Source of the DNA: a virus
Lineage: Duplodnaviria > Caudoviricetes
DNA length: 56,029 nt
IMG/VR virus record: IMGVR_UViG_3300010153_006010
Location: 1 to 56,029 of that record
Reading direction: 5' to 3' (one strand)
Position numbers and translations under genes: made by a program. The notes beneath the pieces are model-generated. The model was not told where the DNA came from, searched no databases, and saw only the letters and a program-made list of their open reading frames with translations. Shown here one piece after another: positions 10,701-18,641 of this stretch; positions within the stretch are counted from its first letter, which is position 1; every line of letters starts with the position of its first letter.

Positions 10701-11113
10701 ATAATCCCCTCGGGAATACTCCCGCCGGTACCATATGAAGATACCCCTCTTGTGATGACTAGGTTACGAGATTCCATATTAGTTGAATATGGAGAAAAGG
10801 GGCTGTTGTTAGACAAATATTGCACCTTGTCACCGAGGGATAACATCAAAAACTGATTAAATTGATCCTGAGCTATTGACCCGGCTTTACCGTCCAAGAA
10901 TTCATTATACCTCTGACTTAAAAAGTCTAGCACCCCTGAAGACTCCTGGGTAAGGCTGACAAAGAGTCTGAAATTGTATTTTTCTATAGCAATACTGTTT
11001 GATACCAGATTCAAGGAAGTACTTACAGATATCCTACCTGGATTAGAAGAAGTACTTCCTTTAGATTCGAGCAATACAGTGTTTATTTTCAGATCTCTAA
11101 TATTTTTTATCAT
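7721..11113 (-). CDS. Large hypothetical virion protein (1130 aa)
   Basis: Long ORF tightly packed between structural genes; no recognised motif. Confidence 0.55.
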   Translation of the reverse strand: MIKNIRDLKINTVLLESKGSTSSNPGRISVSTSLNLVSNSIAIEKYNFRLFVSLTQESSGVLDFLSQRYNEFLDGKAGSIAQDQFNQFLMLSLGDKVQYLSNNSPFSPYSTNMESRNLVITRGVSSYGTGGSIPEGIIIFDLPLENLILSPRSGQNILKTVNLSLPNVRMDQISCYCYVYDNKIPHLFSEEASSNFSLVTGMGHVARGTYKGTHISYDEIFPDRPLVSMVNPKQTISPEGNNLKQINLVPTEAVIKGYSHLSDSMVRLFQTPRLGQSKQLNKVIKRSNYFTDFWLSRDQKENNRFIFSFDIQNFLADNSLFPFVYKNNLLNHAIFSDSEEFSPHTPSSVSSVEVFRHNVSSTGLHAINDLGTMGPGYPDRTTLPIPTENIKKVQISLPSAEANDLASNSLTFFEGCDKFSTADVKDRQIDESFQYSVKLSVLDNSPQLLRRLTDVLYDKKRILSSIRDYISLNTSKMFGRKPLYDVAKAKTTQDIRSININIDGEQVLAYDEIMKILLSYQEIVGSLSAGAGIDLTSYYKNFIEANQGIINVQLITDIEMLLDLGIRFLHDKLVSIFPSDPFGMLDSIRKNTFDQNMSRSIKNNVLLVENRYKEVYKTGEDNHLGIDYIFGDIESDSFSEINIDSYDTRRVMEFNKYFFKPSGGALVSPVGAYEEVSYAYMTPRIIKTPSRSIIDQAKVSTATLQSVEYDFDRYAELYSDLVSIKNQQKIGMVYPSLSSIALQQSKNNQIYSDIRTLLSEDFSISIGESAPVQFSPPRVSVDKVKSTIYNFRDKENCGTNAGPALIKSVIGTDSDPSSAAFVYLDAVDLNIKNQNTQLLKGDIDQIMKKQDLKDRAIRLPFAILGELTIDKTIAQTDRNVQPTFNSMTALSKILGISEQNLPSMLQGSVLSHLPAQLQSMIIIASTTQPLAGESSEGNEILDARRFTLNIPGVTEGDDLVSFFEGGKVISTEGNKSYSLIPDPMKSYATFLTLWMNYRQIAVVEYLSGFGTIIQPHQQVQNDFNPRRLKLSTWEPMSPTIAEELRNQPGKILCRTRLLNADDYLNMIKEFTTSEQQHRLVNYFEQKQVLQLPTYNKYFYISGIPSQPETTETVTVEEVSVTSPNPLALGY

Positions 11114-11127
11114 TGTATTATTTTATC

Positions 11128-12030
11128 CTAGGTATCATAAGCAAATGGCAATGTTGCTTCTAATATGGCACATGGATCTTGAGGTCTGTTATCCAAATTC
11201 TTCTTATACAATACCGAGTTTGCCGGTAAATCTAAAAGGTTTATCTCAGAATCACACGATATATCTAAATAATATTCGCTATATGTGTCATTTAAAATAG
11301 GAAAAGTATCGTTTATTTGTTTATCCTGACCATTTATGCTGTATGCTAAAAGATAAGGGTCGGTCTGCCTGCTAAGGGTTTTTCCCCCACGGGATTCTGT
11401 GTTTATAAAACCTAAAGAAGTCAACTGTCCATCTGATCCCGATTTATATACTTCAATGTCAAAATTCCCATTACTCTTCATAATAGTGTTAAGTTCTTGA
11501 ACACTCAAGAATAGAGAATCCGAGTCTAATAGATTATAATTAACTGGGTCATCGCCGATGGTTTCATATTGAATATCTAAAGTTGCTGACATTTGTGGTA
11601 TCATGCCATCCACGTTGTAAGTGACTCCCTCATTCAAACCTTTGTCACTCAAGCTTAAAACTGATATATCCCACGCTGGGGCGTAATTTGAATTTGGGTC
11701 GCTATTTCCCAAGGTTCGCATAAAGGGAGCACTAAAGGCAGCGTTTTGTGCCATTTCGTCTCTACTGTTAGAAGTAATAAGAGAATATACCGAACCAGGG
11801 GTGGAGGTAGATTTTAAATTTGATCTAATTCTTGGCGTTAAGTTACTAATTCTATTGGCTATTTGATTCTGTGTTTCTGCTATCTGGGCATACATCCCGT
11901 CATACAAAATAGATGTATCATAAAAGGCGTAATAAGCCGGCAAAAAAGTACCTCCAGCAAACTGTTGTTTACCATAAGGAGTCAACTCAATAGAAATTAC
12001 TTCTTCTTTTTGATTAAAAAAACGGACCAT
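11128..12030 (-). CDS. Virion structural protein with N-terminal LTxxG motif (related to 3326..4363)
   Basis: IELTPYGKQQFAGGTF.PAYYAFYDTSILYD aligns by eye with AVLTDEGRRRLALGDG.FRITKFALGDDEIDY. Confidence 0.6.
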   Translation of the reverse strand: MVRFFNQKEEVISIELTPYGKQQFAGGTFLPAYYAFYDTSILYDGMYAQIAETQNQIANRISNLTPRIRSNLKSTSTPGSVYSLITSNSRDEMAQNAAFSAPFMRTLGNSDPNSNYAPAWDISVLSLSDKGLNEGVTYNVDGMIPQMSATLDIQYETIGDDPVNYNLLDSDSLFLSVQELNTIMKSNGNFDIEVYKSGSDGQLTSLGFINTESRGGKTLSRQTDPYLLAYSINGQDKQINDTFPILNDTYSEYYLDISCDSEINLLDLPANSVLYKKNLDNRPQDPCAILEATLPFAYDT

Positions 12031-12034
12031 ACTC

Positions 12035-12042
12035 TAAATATT
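12035..12042 (-). promoter_or_regulatory. Putative late promoter variant AATATTTA
   Basis: 4 nt before the ATG at 12030, no SD. The 13-mer at 12036-12048 recurs at 32910-32922, upstream of the spike-like gene. Confidence 0.5.
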
Positions 12043-12053
12043 ACCATTCATTA

Positions 12054-15000
12054 TTATTTTTTACTTGTCTTGCTATCAAGAGCTGTTTGGTTATAAACAT
12101 CAGCCACTTCACTATACTCTTTTTCCAAATCGGGTCGGAAGCCGACCTTGGAGTTTATCTTAACCGATTCTATCAGAGAACAATAGTCATAAGGCCAGTT
12201 ATAGGTTGGGTCGGACAGAGAATGTTTTGATATGTACACATTCTTAGCAAAGTCATCCCGCTCACCCAATATTTTATCAACTTCGGCGGGCGGAAGCCCC
12301 TGGAGAGACATAAATTGCTTGGCATTATTATAACTTAGGGCGTCGGGACCATCTACCTCTTGAATAATCATTTCGCCATAAGTAGAGACCCCTCGCTCTT
12401 TAACCTTAAAGACAAGCCATTTGATTTCTGGAAAGAATCCTTGTTTACATGCTTTTTCGGCAACATCTAAAAGATCATACCGGGGATGACCATCCCGGTT
12501 CGCTCCGATATTTATTTGTTCTTTTAATACTTCCGGGAATTGGGATACTACTTCATTAATATTGTCACCGGGCATATAGTGATCGATAGCGGAGAAACTA
12601 AAACTTAGTTTTCTAGAGAGGTCAGGCATTATATTTTGCCAGATATCGGATAGATCTTGCCTAGTGAGATTAACAGTGTGCTCCATTAAGTAAACGACAG
12701 GGATTTGACGAATATCTTCTCCTGTTAGAATGGCGTCGTAATCATCCCCCCCAAACGGATTGATTGTGCTGGGTATACTAGGATAACCGCTCGGCACCAT
12801 TCCTAGAAGCTTTTGAGCCAAGGTGGGTGGCAGAGAGTATTTGGTAAAGTTTTTGCGGAACTCTTTTATTTTCGGTCCCAGTTCAGTTGGGGAAGCCTGT
12901 AAAGTTATTAGACTTGGTGTGCCCGTTTCATCAAGATAAAACGGCAGTGCCAATATAGCTTCCGATATCGAATTTTCATTATCCTCAGCTAACTCTCCTA
13001 GTCTTTTAGCTTTCTTAGGATCAAACCCCTTTCTTATGATCTCGTTAGAGTCAAAACCGCAAAGATCAGCCATCGATCGAACTTCCCGCTTAGAATCAAT
13101 CACAAAAGAAGGTATTTTCTTAACCTGAGTAGTGTTAGTGAGATAAGTGCTCGTGGTTGGACCAGTATAAAAATATGTACTAACGGTATCGTATTCCTCA
13201 TCCGCTCCGGTGGGCAGATCTTTAATATACATGTATACCCCTTCCCCTTCAGATGGCATTATACCGTATTGGTGCCACATGCCGTTCGTGGACCCAGTAA
13301 ACTCACCAGGAGTAACGGAAGATGAGAAATTATAATGAGGAGTGGCAGAGCCGGACCTATTGGGAAAATCTAATACCGGGCACTCCCACTTGGGCATGAT
13401 AGTCCACTTGTTGGGATCGACCGATCTGTATGATGAGCCAGCAGAAGTTGGGAACTCATTGCCCACATTTATAGAAGCATCAATATCCATTCGGTTTTGC
13501 CAAGCCCTGTTCCATTGATAAGCCGGGGTGGTGTTCGTAGATATCGGTACCCCCTCTGCCGTATAAAAGGTCTCTCCAATATTAGACATATCATAATAGC
13601 TGGAGCTTTCATTGAGATAGTTGACAAAAACCTCACCCCTATCGTTGTTTAGAATCTCATGTAGAGTATACTCCGACTTATCTCCATTGGGCATAAATGT
13701 AATTCTCATTACAGAGGGTCCATAATAATAAGGAGGAGTAAATGGGGCAAATTCACCAAGATGTTTGGGCCATTCAGGGAATGTAGTGGGTCCGTTACTT
13801 GCGCCGAAAGTGGAAGTCCACTGCGGACTTAAGTAATAACCAGTTGCTGTCGCAGGACCGAATGCCGCTGGATTACTGTATAGGTTAAATTGATCTGTTT
13901 TCATTAGACCAATCTCCATCATATAAGCAGCGTTAGGATCTACACTCAGAGTTCTTTCTGCGGTTGAGGCTTCTTGGGAGCCCTTTGGGGGGTTGCCAAA
14001 TTGGGACACAAATTTAGTTAATTTACCCGGAGAACCATATCTGTTCTCTTTAGTCTTGAGGAAAAACTGTGGGACATTGGCTAAAAAGTTAGACACAGCC
14101 TTCTTATAAAGATTGTTAGAGTCTACTTCGCCCTCAAGGAAAGACGCTGTTACGTCCAAAGAAAGAAATATATTAATATCGGAGATAACGGTTGGAATAG
14201 TTCTGGAGCCGTTTGAAGCGGAGGCATATATAGGATCTACGGCTAGATAATCCTCTGGTGCCAAAATCGATTCGAAGGGGAGCTTGGCTGCCCACAAACT
14301 CTGATCCATAGCCGTTGTCCAGTCTCCAGATCCTACCTCCACTGCTCGGCGGCGGTCGGGAAAAGGATCGGTAACTTCCCCGCCCATATTCCCATACAGG
14401 GCACCAAACAGAGGATACCCCAGATCAAACCCCGGCAAGCCCGTGTCCCAAATGGTGGAATCAAATGGCGCAAAACTACCTGTATTTCTATGAGCACGCC
14501 TAATAGGGTAATTGACAGCCACACCAGATTTTACAGAATTATACAAAATTCCTGGGGCAAAGAAGGGGCGGTGTAATGATCGCCACTGACTGTCTGCGCC
14601 GATGCCGCTGCCTGTAAAGTTTGTATAAGGACCATAAGATTGAGAATATAAAGTTGCCAAATCGAGGGTTCTATTGACCGGGTAAAAGCCATTATACGGC
14701 AACAACTTAACAATAGCATCAGAATTTAATTCAAAGTGGCGGGGATAATCGTTAAAAATATAGTTGACATCTCCTTTATCATAGGACATAAAGTCAGGTA
14801 AGAACTCCATTGCCTCAGTGGTGGCATACCTATTGTAGAAATCTGTATTGGTTCCGTCAAAATTATTTATACTTCCTCCGGTTATTTCCAGGGACGATGA
14901 GATCACCGAAAATACAGAATCATTGGATTTAAACTCAGATATATGTTCACTTATTCTGTATTCTGGTATTATTGTATGGGATTTACCCACTAAGCGTACA

Positions 15001-18000
15001 TCAGCCGCCCAATTTTCATAACTATTATAAAACGGATAAGCTGATTCCGCTAAATCACCCCTGTCGTTTCCATCCACATTTCGTCGTAAAGATCCCGCAC
15101 TCCAGGGTGGTCTAGAAAAAGCGCCGCCAGGTATCCTGGGTTCTATATTTCTAGTACCACCAAACCATGTGCCGGTCATAAAAGCTATATTATAAACATA
15201 CTGAGAGGATACAACGTCAGAAGTGTCATATGAACTTGTGCCAAAATTGTAAGCTACTGTATAGTCGGTAATTGTGTCATCAACACTACCATAATTAGTG
15301 CTCAATAATTCCCCACAAGCCGTAATAGCCTGCTCGCCCAGGATCACTGCTGCGGACAAGGAGCCTGTTTCATAGGTAGAATAAGTCTCGGATAAATTAG
15401 ACCACAAATAAGAATCCAAAGGCCACATTGAGGTCGTGCCGGCACCCGCCAGTTTGGGAGTATATGGATTATTGACATTATAGGGAGTTTGATCCCCATA
15501 AGTTTTTGAAGATCCTTGAGAATTTTCATATGGTGTGATCAATCTTGGTGCCTGAGGGTTGTCTCTGGTTACAATTGATGGTACGTAAAACAGGGTATCA
15601 AAATTAACATAGTAATATGTTACAGGCTCAATATGAGCATCATTACGCCAATAAGAATTTGTGAAAGAAAGCCGGGCTCGGCTCCCAGAAAGATAAGTGT
15701 ATATTTCTTTTGGGTAAATGGTTTCACCATAAGCAAACATTTTTATCATGTTCATGCCGTTTAGAGAGCGAGATGTAGGATCCTTTGCTTGCTGCCGTAG
15801 CGCCTCATAGGGTCGTTTGATTTTATTAAAATCAAATTTTATATCACCAGCAACTCGCCTGTTAAGTTCACGGTGGGCGAAACCCATTAAGGAGTTGCCA
15901 TAACTGTATTCTAGATTAAGTGTTATTTTTTCATCTGTTGCTTCAGAAGGCGAGCCAATAAATGTCTCAATCTGATGTACTAATGGTTGATAGCGAGTCG
16001 TTACGGGCGGGTCGATGAACTGTTCCGAGTAAAAATTGGTTATTACATTGCCTGCTTGATCTGTAGTCGTTCGTGTCTGAGTAGAAGCGGCGTTACTAAA
16101 TGAATTGTTGGACGATACCCTTTCTGGGGGCAGTTCATATAAATTATGTTTCTTCAGATATCTCGCTGCGTTTTTATATTTTGATCCCAACTGAGCCCAC
16201 GGAGCACTATAAGGAGTTCCATAATCCGCCCAAACAAAATGAATTAGACCATCAGATCCCGTGAAAGCAGATTTTCCCCAAGTTGTACCTACCTGATCAA
16301 CGCCGCCAGCAAATTTGACCTTATCGATAAGACCCAAGGCCTCTACCGAACCCGTGATGCCTGTATTGCCAGCAGCGCCGGCGAGCGATTGCGTAAGGGA
16401 AACAGTCGAAACGGGGACAAAACCCCCATTGTCAGAAAGAATGTTAAGTACACCGTCGTATTGCGCTACAAAAATCCCCATATTTACTTGAGTCGCCATA
16501 TCAATAGTTGTGCCGATGCCCTGGATCCCAACGGTATAATTTGTTAGACCCATTCGGCTTATTGTGCCAGGAGTTTTTGAAGTTATATATTCAAAGTTTA
16601 CAGTCGTGCCCGCTGTGTCGGTTAGATCAAGAGTTTGGTTGTCCCAGTTGGCTGCGGTTCCATTCACACATTCTATAGAGCCGGAAGCGACCACAGGAGG
16701 AATCGGCGCAGGTTGCCCCACTGTGTGACTAAGGGTTATATTTTCGGGATAACGTGAGCGCCTAACGACATATTCAGAATATGTTTGAGTATTAGAGCCC
16801 GAATTAGCAAAAAACCACTGCGTGCTGTCTCCTGCTGGGATAGGTCTCGTAACAAAATAATTATCATAGACATTTCCCGTCACATATGTGGAGTCAGTTC
16901 CAGACAACTCTATCCTTTGGGTTTCGTTTCTTTGAGTTTGATAAACAGCGGCAACAGTTGAGCCCTCGGATTCATATCCTCCGAACGCTGTGTGGACTCC
17001 TAGTTTTGCAAGATATGGATTTCGAACTGCCAAGTTACGAAAAGGCAAAGCACTGTTTGGAGATAATTGATCTGAAGTGACATCCCTAAATTGCTGCTTA
17101 GAATCTGCTTTGTCGCCTGGGGCAGCAAAACGGGTCACAAAGACATTATCGTTTATCTGAGTCGATGGTTGCTCACGAGGCGCAGGATAATCTGCCGAAC
17201 CTGTAAGACCCAAAGCTCTTCTGTCCGGAGGGGTTACAAAATAACTGGGAGCACTGTAGTTGTATTTTGCTGTATTAAAAGCCAAATCCATATTAGTGGA
17301 TCTTCGGTCAGATGTTTGAACAACCTCATATCCTTTCAAATAGTTGCCAACAACCCGAACACTATCCGAAGTAAATAAAGTCTTTATGTTTTCAATATTC
17401 ACGGGTGCCTTTGCGGCGGAGCCACGCAAATAATTACCCTGGGGACTGCCGACAGTTGGCGAGTTCATCGACCGGATTGTGGCAGAACCGCCACTAAAAC
17501 TTGTAGCCGAGATACCCTGGTCAAATGAGTTGCCAGCAAAACTAGTCCCGTTATCTGTAGTTCCAGTCGTAGTGCCAGCAACGTTAATACTGCGCTCTTC
17601 CCCAAGAACTGGCGTAGGAATAGCGATTGGGAGACTGTCCCCTGAAATAGCAGCGGACAGGCTGGCTATAATTGCCAAGGCAATATCATCTTCGTCTATC
17701 GCATCGCTAATACCAATTAATGTCTTGGTAGAAGATGCTCGGACTACGGTTTCATCAAAGTCGGCATCATAAGCGATACCACCAAGAGTCAATGTTAAAG
17801 CTGTACCATCAAGGTCTTCGGTAGCCGCACCGGGGGCAACAGTGAGTACACAGGAAGCGGGCATCGCTGGGGACAATGTAATATTAAACGATTCTTGTCT
17901 TTCGGTTGTACGCAGAGGGGCGTTATGCCTTGCTAGAATACCTCCCACAAATCTCTCTGTGAAAGGTCCCTGCATAGGTATTTCGCCATCATACGCCTGT

Positions 18001-18587
18001 ACTCTATCATCATGTAGGTTAGCAAAATCTACATTTCCAAAGCCGTTTGCAGCTAATTCAGATTGATATCCGGTTGTAACACTAGAACTAAATAAACTGA
18101 AGGGGACAGTCTGGTCACTAGTATATGTTACTCCATCTAGTGTAACTCCGAAGGATACTCGTTTTTTGGTATTTGGATATATAATATCCGTGATGTCCAA
18201 TTCAGTATCAAAAGCAGTAAAAGTCTTATTTCCCAGGTGATATTTTTTATTAACGGGCTGATTACTTCCCCCATGAATAGCGTTATCAATATTGACGTCA
18301 AAAGTGTACAGCCGACCATGATCTAAGTTTCGCATTGCTTCACGCTTATATGCCTGGCGTGAATAAAGATTACCCCCGGAAGAGGACAAAGGGGCGAGAT
18401 AACGTTCTGCTCTGTGTTTCCACCAAAGAGCATTGTTTGCCTCATTAAGATCGACAGGAGCATGGTTATAAGACCACCCCTGAGAAGCCTGTAGATTAAA
18501 CCTAAGCTTACTCCTCTGGGTAGAGCCCCCAATAATTCTCTTGGATGGCTCTGGTGGTGCTGAATTTATAATTATTTTATTTGCCAT
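12054..18587 (-). CDS. Giant virion (baseplate/tail-associated) protein, 2177 aa
   Basis: Very long S/T/G/Y-rich ORF in the baseplate module; two internal ~125-135 aa modules ending in FxGG. Confidence 0.65.
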   Translation of the reverse strand: MANKIIINSAPPEPSKRIIGGSTQRSKLRFNLQASQGWSYNHAPVDLNEANNALWWKHRAERYLAPLSSSGGNLYSRQAYKREAMRNLDHGRLYTFDVNIDNAIHGGSNQPVNKKYHLGNKTFTAFDTELDITDIIYPNTKKRVSFGVTLDGVTYTSDQTVPFSLFSSSVTTGYQSELAANGFGNVDFANLHDDRVQAYDGEIPMQGPFTERFVGGILARHNAPLRTTERQESFNITLSPAMPASCVLTVAPGAATEDLDGTALTLTLGGIAYDADFDETVVRASSTKTLIGISDAIDEDDIALAIIASLSAAISGDSLPIAIPTPVLGEERSINVAGTTTGTTDNGTSFAGNSFDQGISATSFSGGSATIRSMNSPTVGSPQGNYLRGSAAKAPVNIENIKTLFTSDSVRVVGNYLKGYEVVQTSDRRSTNMDLAFNTAKYNYSAPSYFVTPPDRRALGLTGSADYPAPREQPSTQINDNVFVTRFAAPGDKADSKQQFRDVTSDQLSPNSALPFRNLAVRNPYLAKLGVHTAFGGYESEGSTVAAVYQTQRNETQRIELSGTDSTYVTGNVYDNYFVTRPIPAGDSTQWFFANSGSNTQTYSEYVVRRSRYPENITLSHTVGQPAPIPPVVASGSIECVNGTAANWDNQTLDLTDTAGTTVNFEYITSKTPGTISRMGLTNYTVGIQGIGTTIDMATQVNMGIFVAQYDGVLNILSDNGGFVPVSTVSLTQSLAGAAGNTGITGSVEALGLIDKVKFAGGVDQVGTTWGKSAFTGSDGLIHFVWADYGTPYSAPWAQLGSKYKNAARYLKKHNLYELPPERVSSNNSFSNAASTQTRTTTDQAGNVITNFYSEQFIDPPVTTRYQPLVHQIETFIGSPSEATDEKITLNLEYSYGNSLMGFAHRELNRRVAGDIKFDFNKIKRPYEALRQQAKDPTSRSLNGMNMIKMFAYGETIYPKEIYTYLSGSRARLSFTNSYWRNDAHIEPVTYYYVNFDTLFYVPSIVTRDNPQAPRLITPYENSQGSSKTYGDQTPYNVNNPYTPKLAGAGTTSMWPLDSYLWSNLSETYSTYETGSLSAAVILGEQAITACGELLSTNYGSVDDTITDYTVAYNFGTSSYDTSDVVSSQYVYNIAFMTGTWFGGTRNIEPRIPGGAFSRPPWSAGSLRRNVDGNDRGDLAESAYPFYNSYENWAADVRLVGKSHTIIPEYRISEHISEFKSNDSVFSVISSSLEITGGSINNFDGTNTDFYNRYATTEAMEFLPDFMSYDKGDVNYIFNDYPRHFELNSDAIVKLLPYNGFYPVNRTLDLATLYSQSYGPYTNFTGSGIGADSQWRSLHRPFFAPGILYNSVKSGVAVNYPIRRAHRNTGSFAPFDSTIWDTGLPGFDLGYPLFGALYGNMGGEVTDPFPDRRRAVEVGSGDWTTAMDQSLWAAKLPFESILAPEDYLAVDPIYASASNGSRTIPTVISDINIFLSLDVTASFLEGEVDSNNLYKKAVSNFLANVPQFFLKTKENRYGSPGKLTKFVSQFGNPPKGSQEASTAERTLSVDPNAAYMMEIGLMKTDQFNLYSNPAAFGPATATGYYLSPQWTSTFGASNGPTTFPEWPKHLGEFAPFTPPYYYGPSVMRITFMPNGDKSEYTLHEILNNDRGEVFVNYLNESSSYYDMSNIGETFYTAEGVPISTNTTPAYQWNRAWQNRMDIDASINVGNEFPTSAGSSYRSVDPNKWTIMPKWECPVLDFPNRSGSATPHYNFSSSVTPGEFTGSTNGMWHQYGIMPSEGEGVYMYIKDLPTGADEEYDTVSTYFYTGPTTSTYLTNTTQVKKIPSFVIDSKREVRSMADLCGFDSNEIIRKGFDPKKAKRLGELAEDNENSISEAILALPFYLDETGTPSLITLQASPTELGPKIKEFRKNFTKYSLPPTLAQKLLGMVPSGYPSIPSTINPFGGDDYDAILTGEDIRQIPVVYLMEHTVNLTRQDLSDIWQNIMPDLSRKLSFSFSAIDHYMPGDNINEVVSQFPEVLKEQINIGANRDGHPRYDLLDVAEKACKQGFFPEIKWLVFKVKERGVSTYGEMIIQEVDGPDALSYNNAKQFMSLQGLPPAEVDKILGERDDFAKNVYISKHSLSDPTYNWPYDYCSLIESVKINSKVGFRPDLEKEYSEVADVYNQTALDSKTSKK

Positions 18588-18591
18588 TTAA

Positions 18592-18599
18592 TAACTAGT
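18592..18599 (-). promoter_or_regulatory. Putative late promoter variant ACTAGTTA
   Basis: 4 nt before the ATG at 18587, no SD. Confidence 0.5.
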
Positions 18600-18641
18600 C
18601 TCTTTCTTATATCTTTACTGTGAATATCCGTGAGGAGGCGC

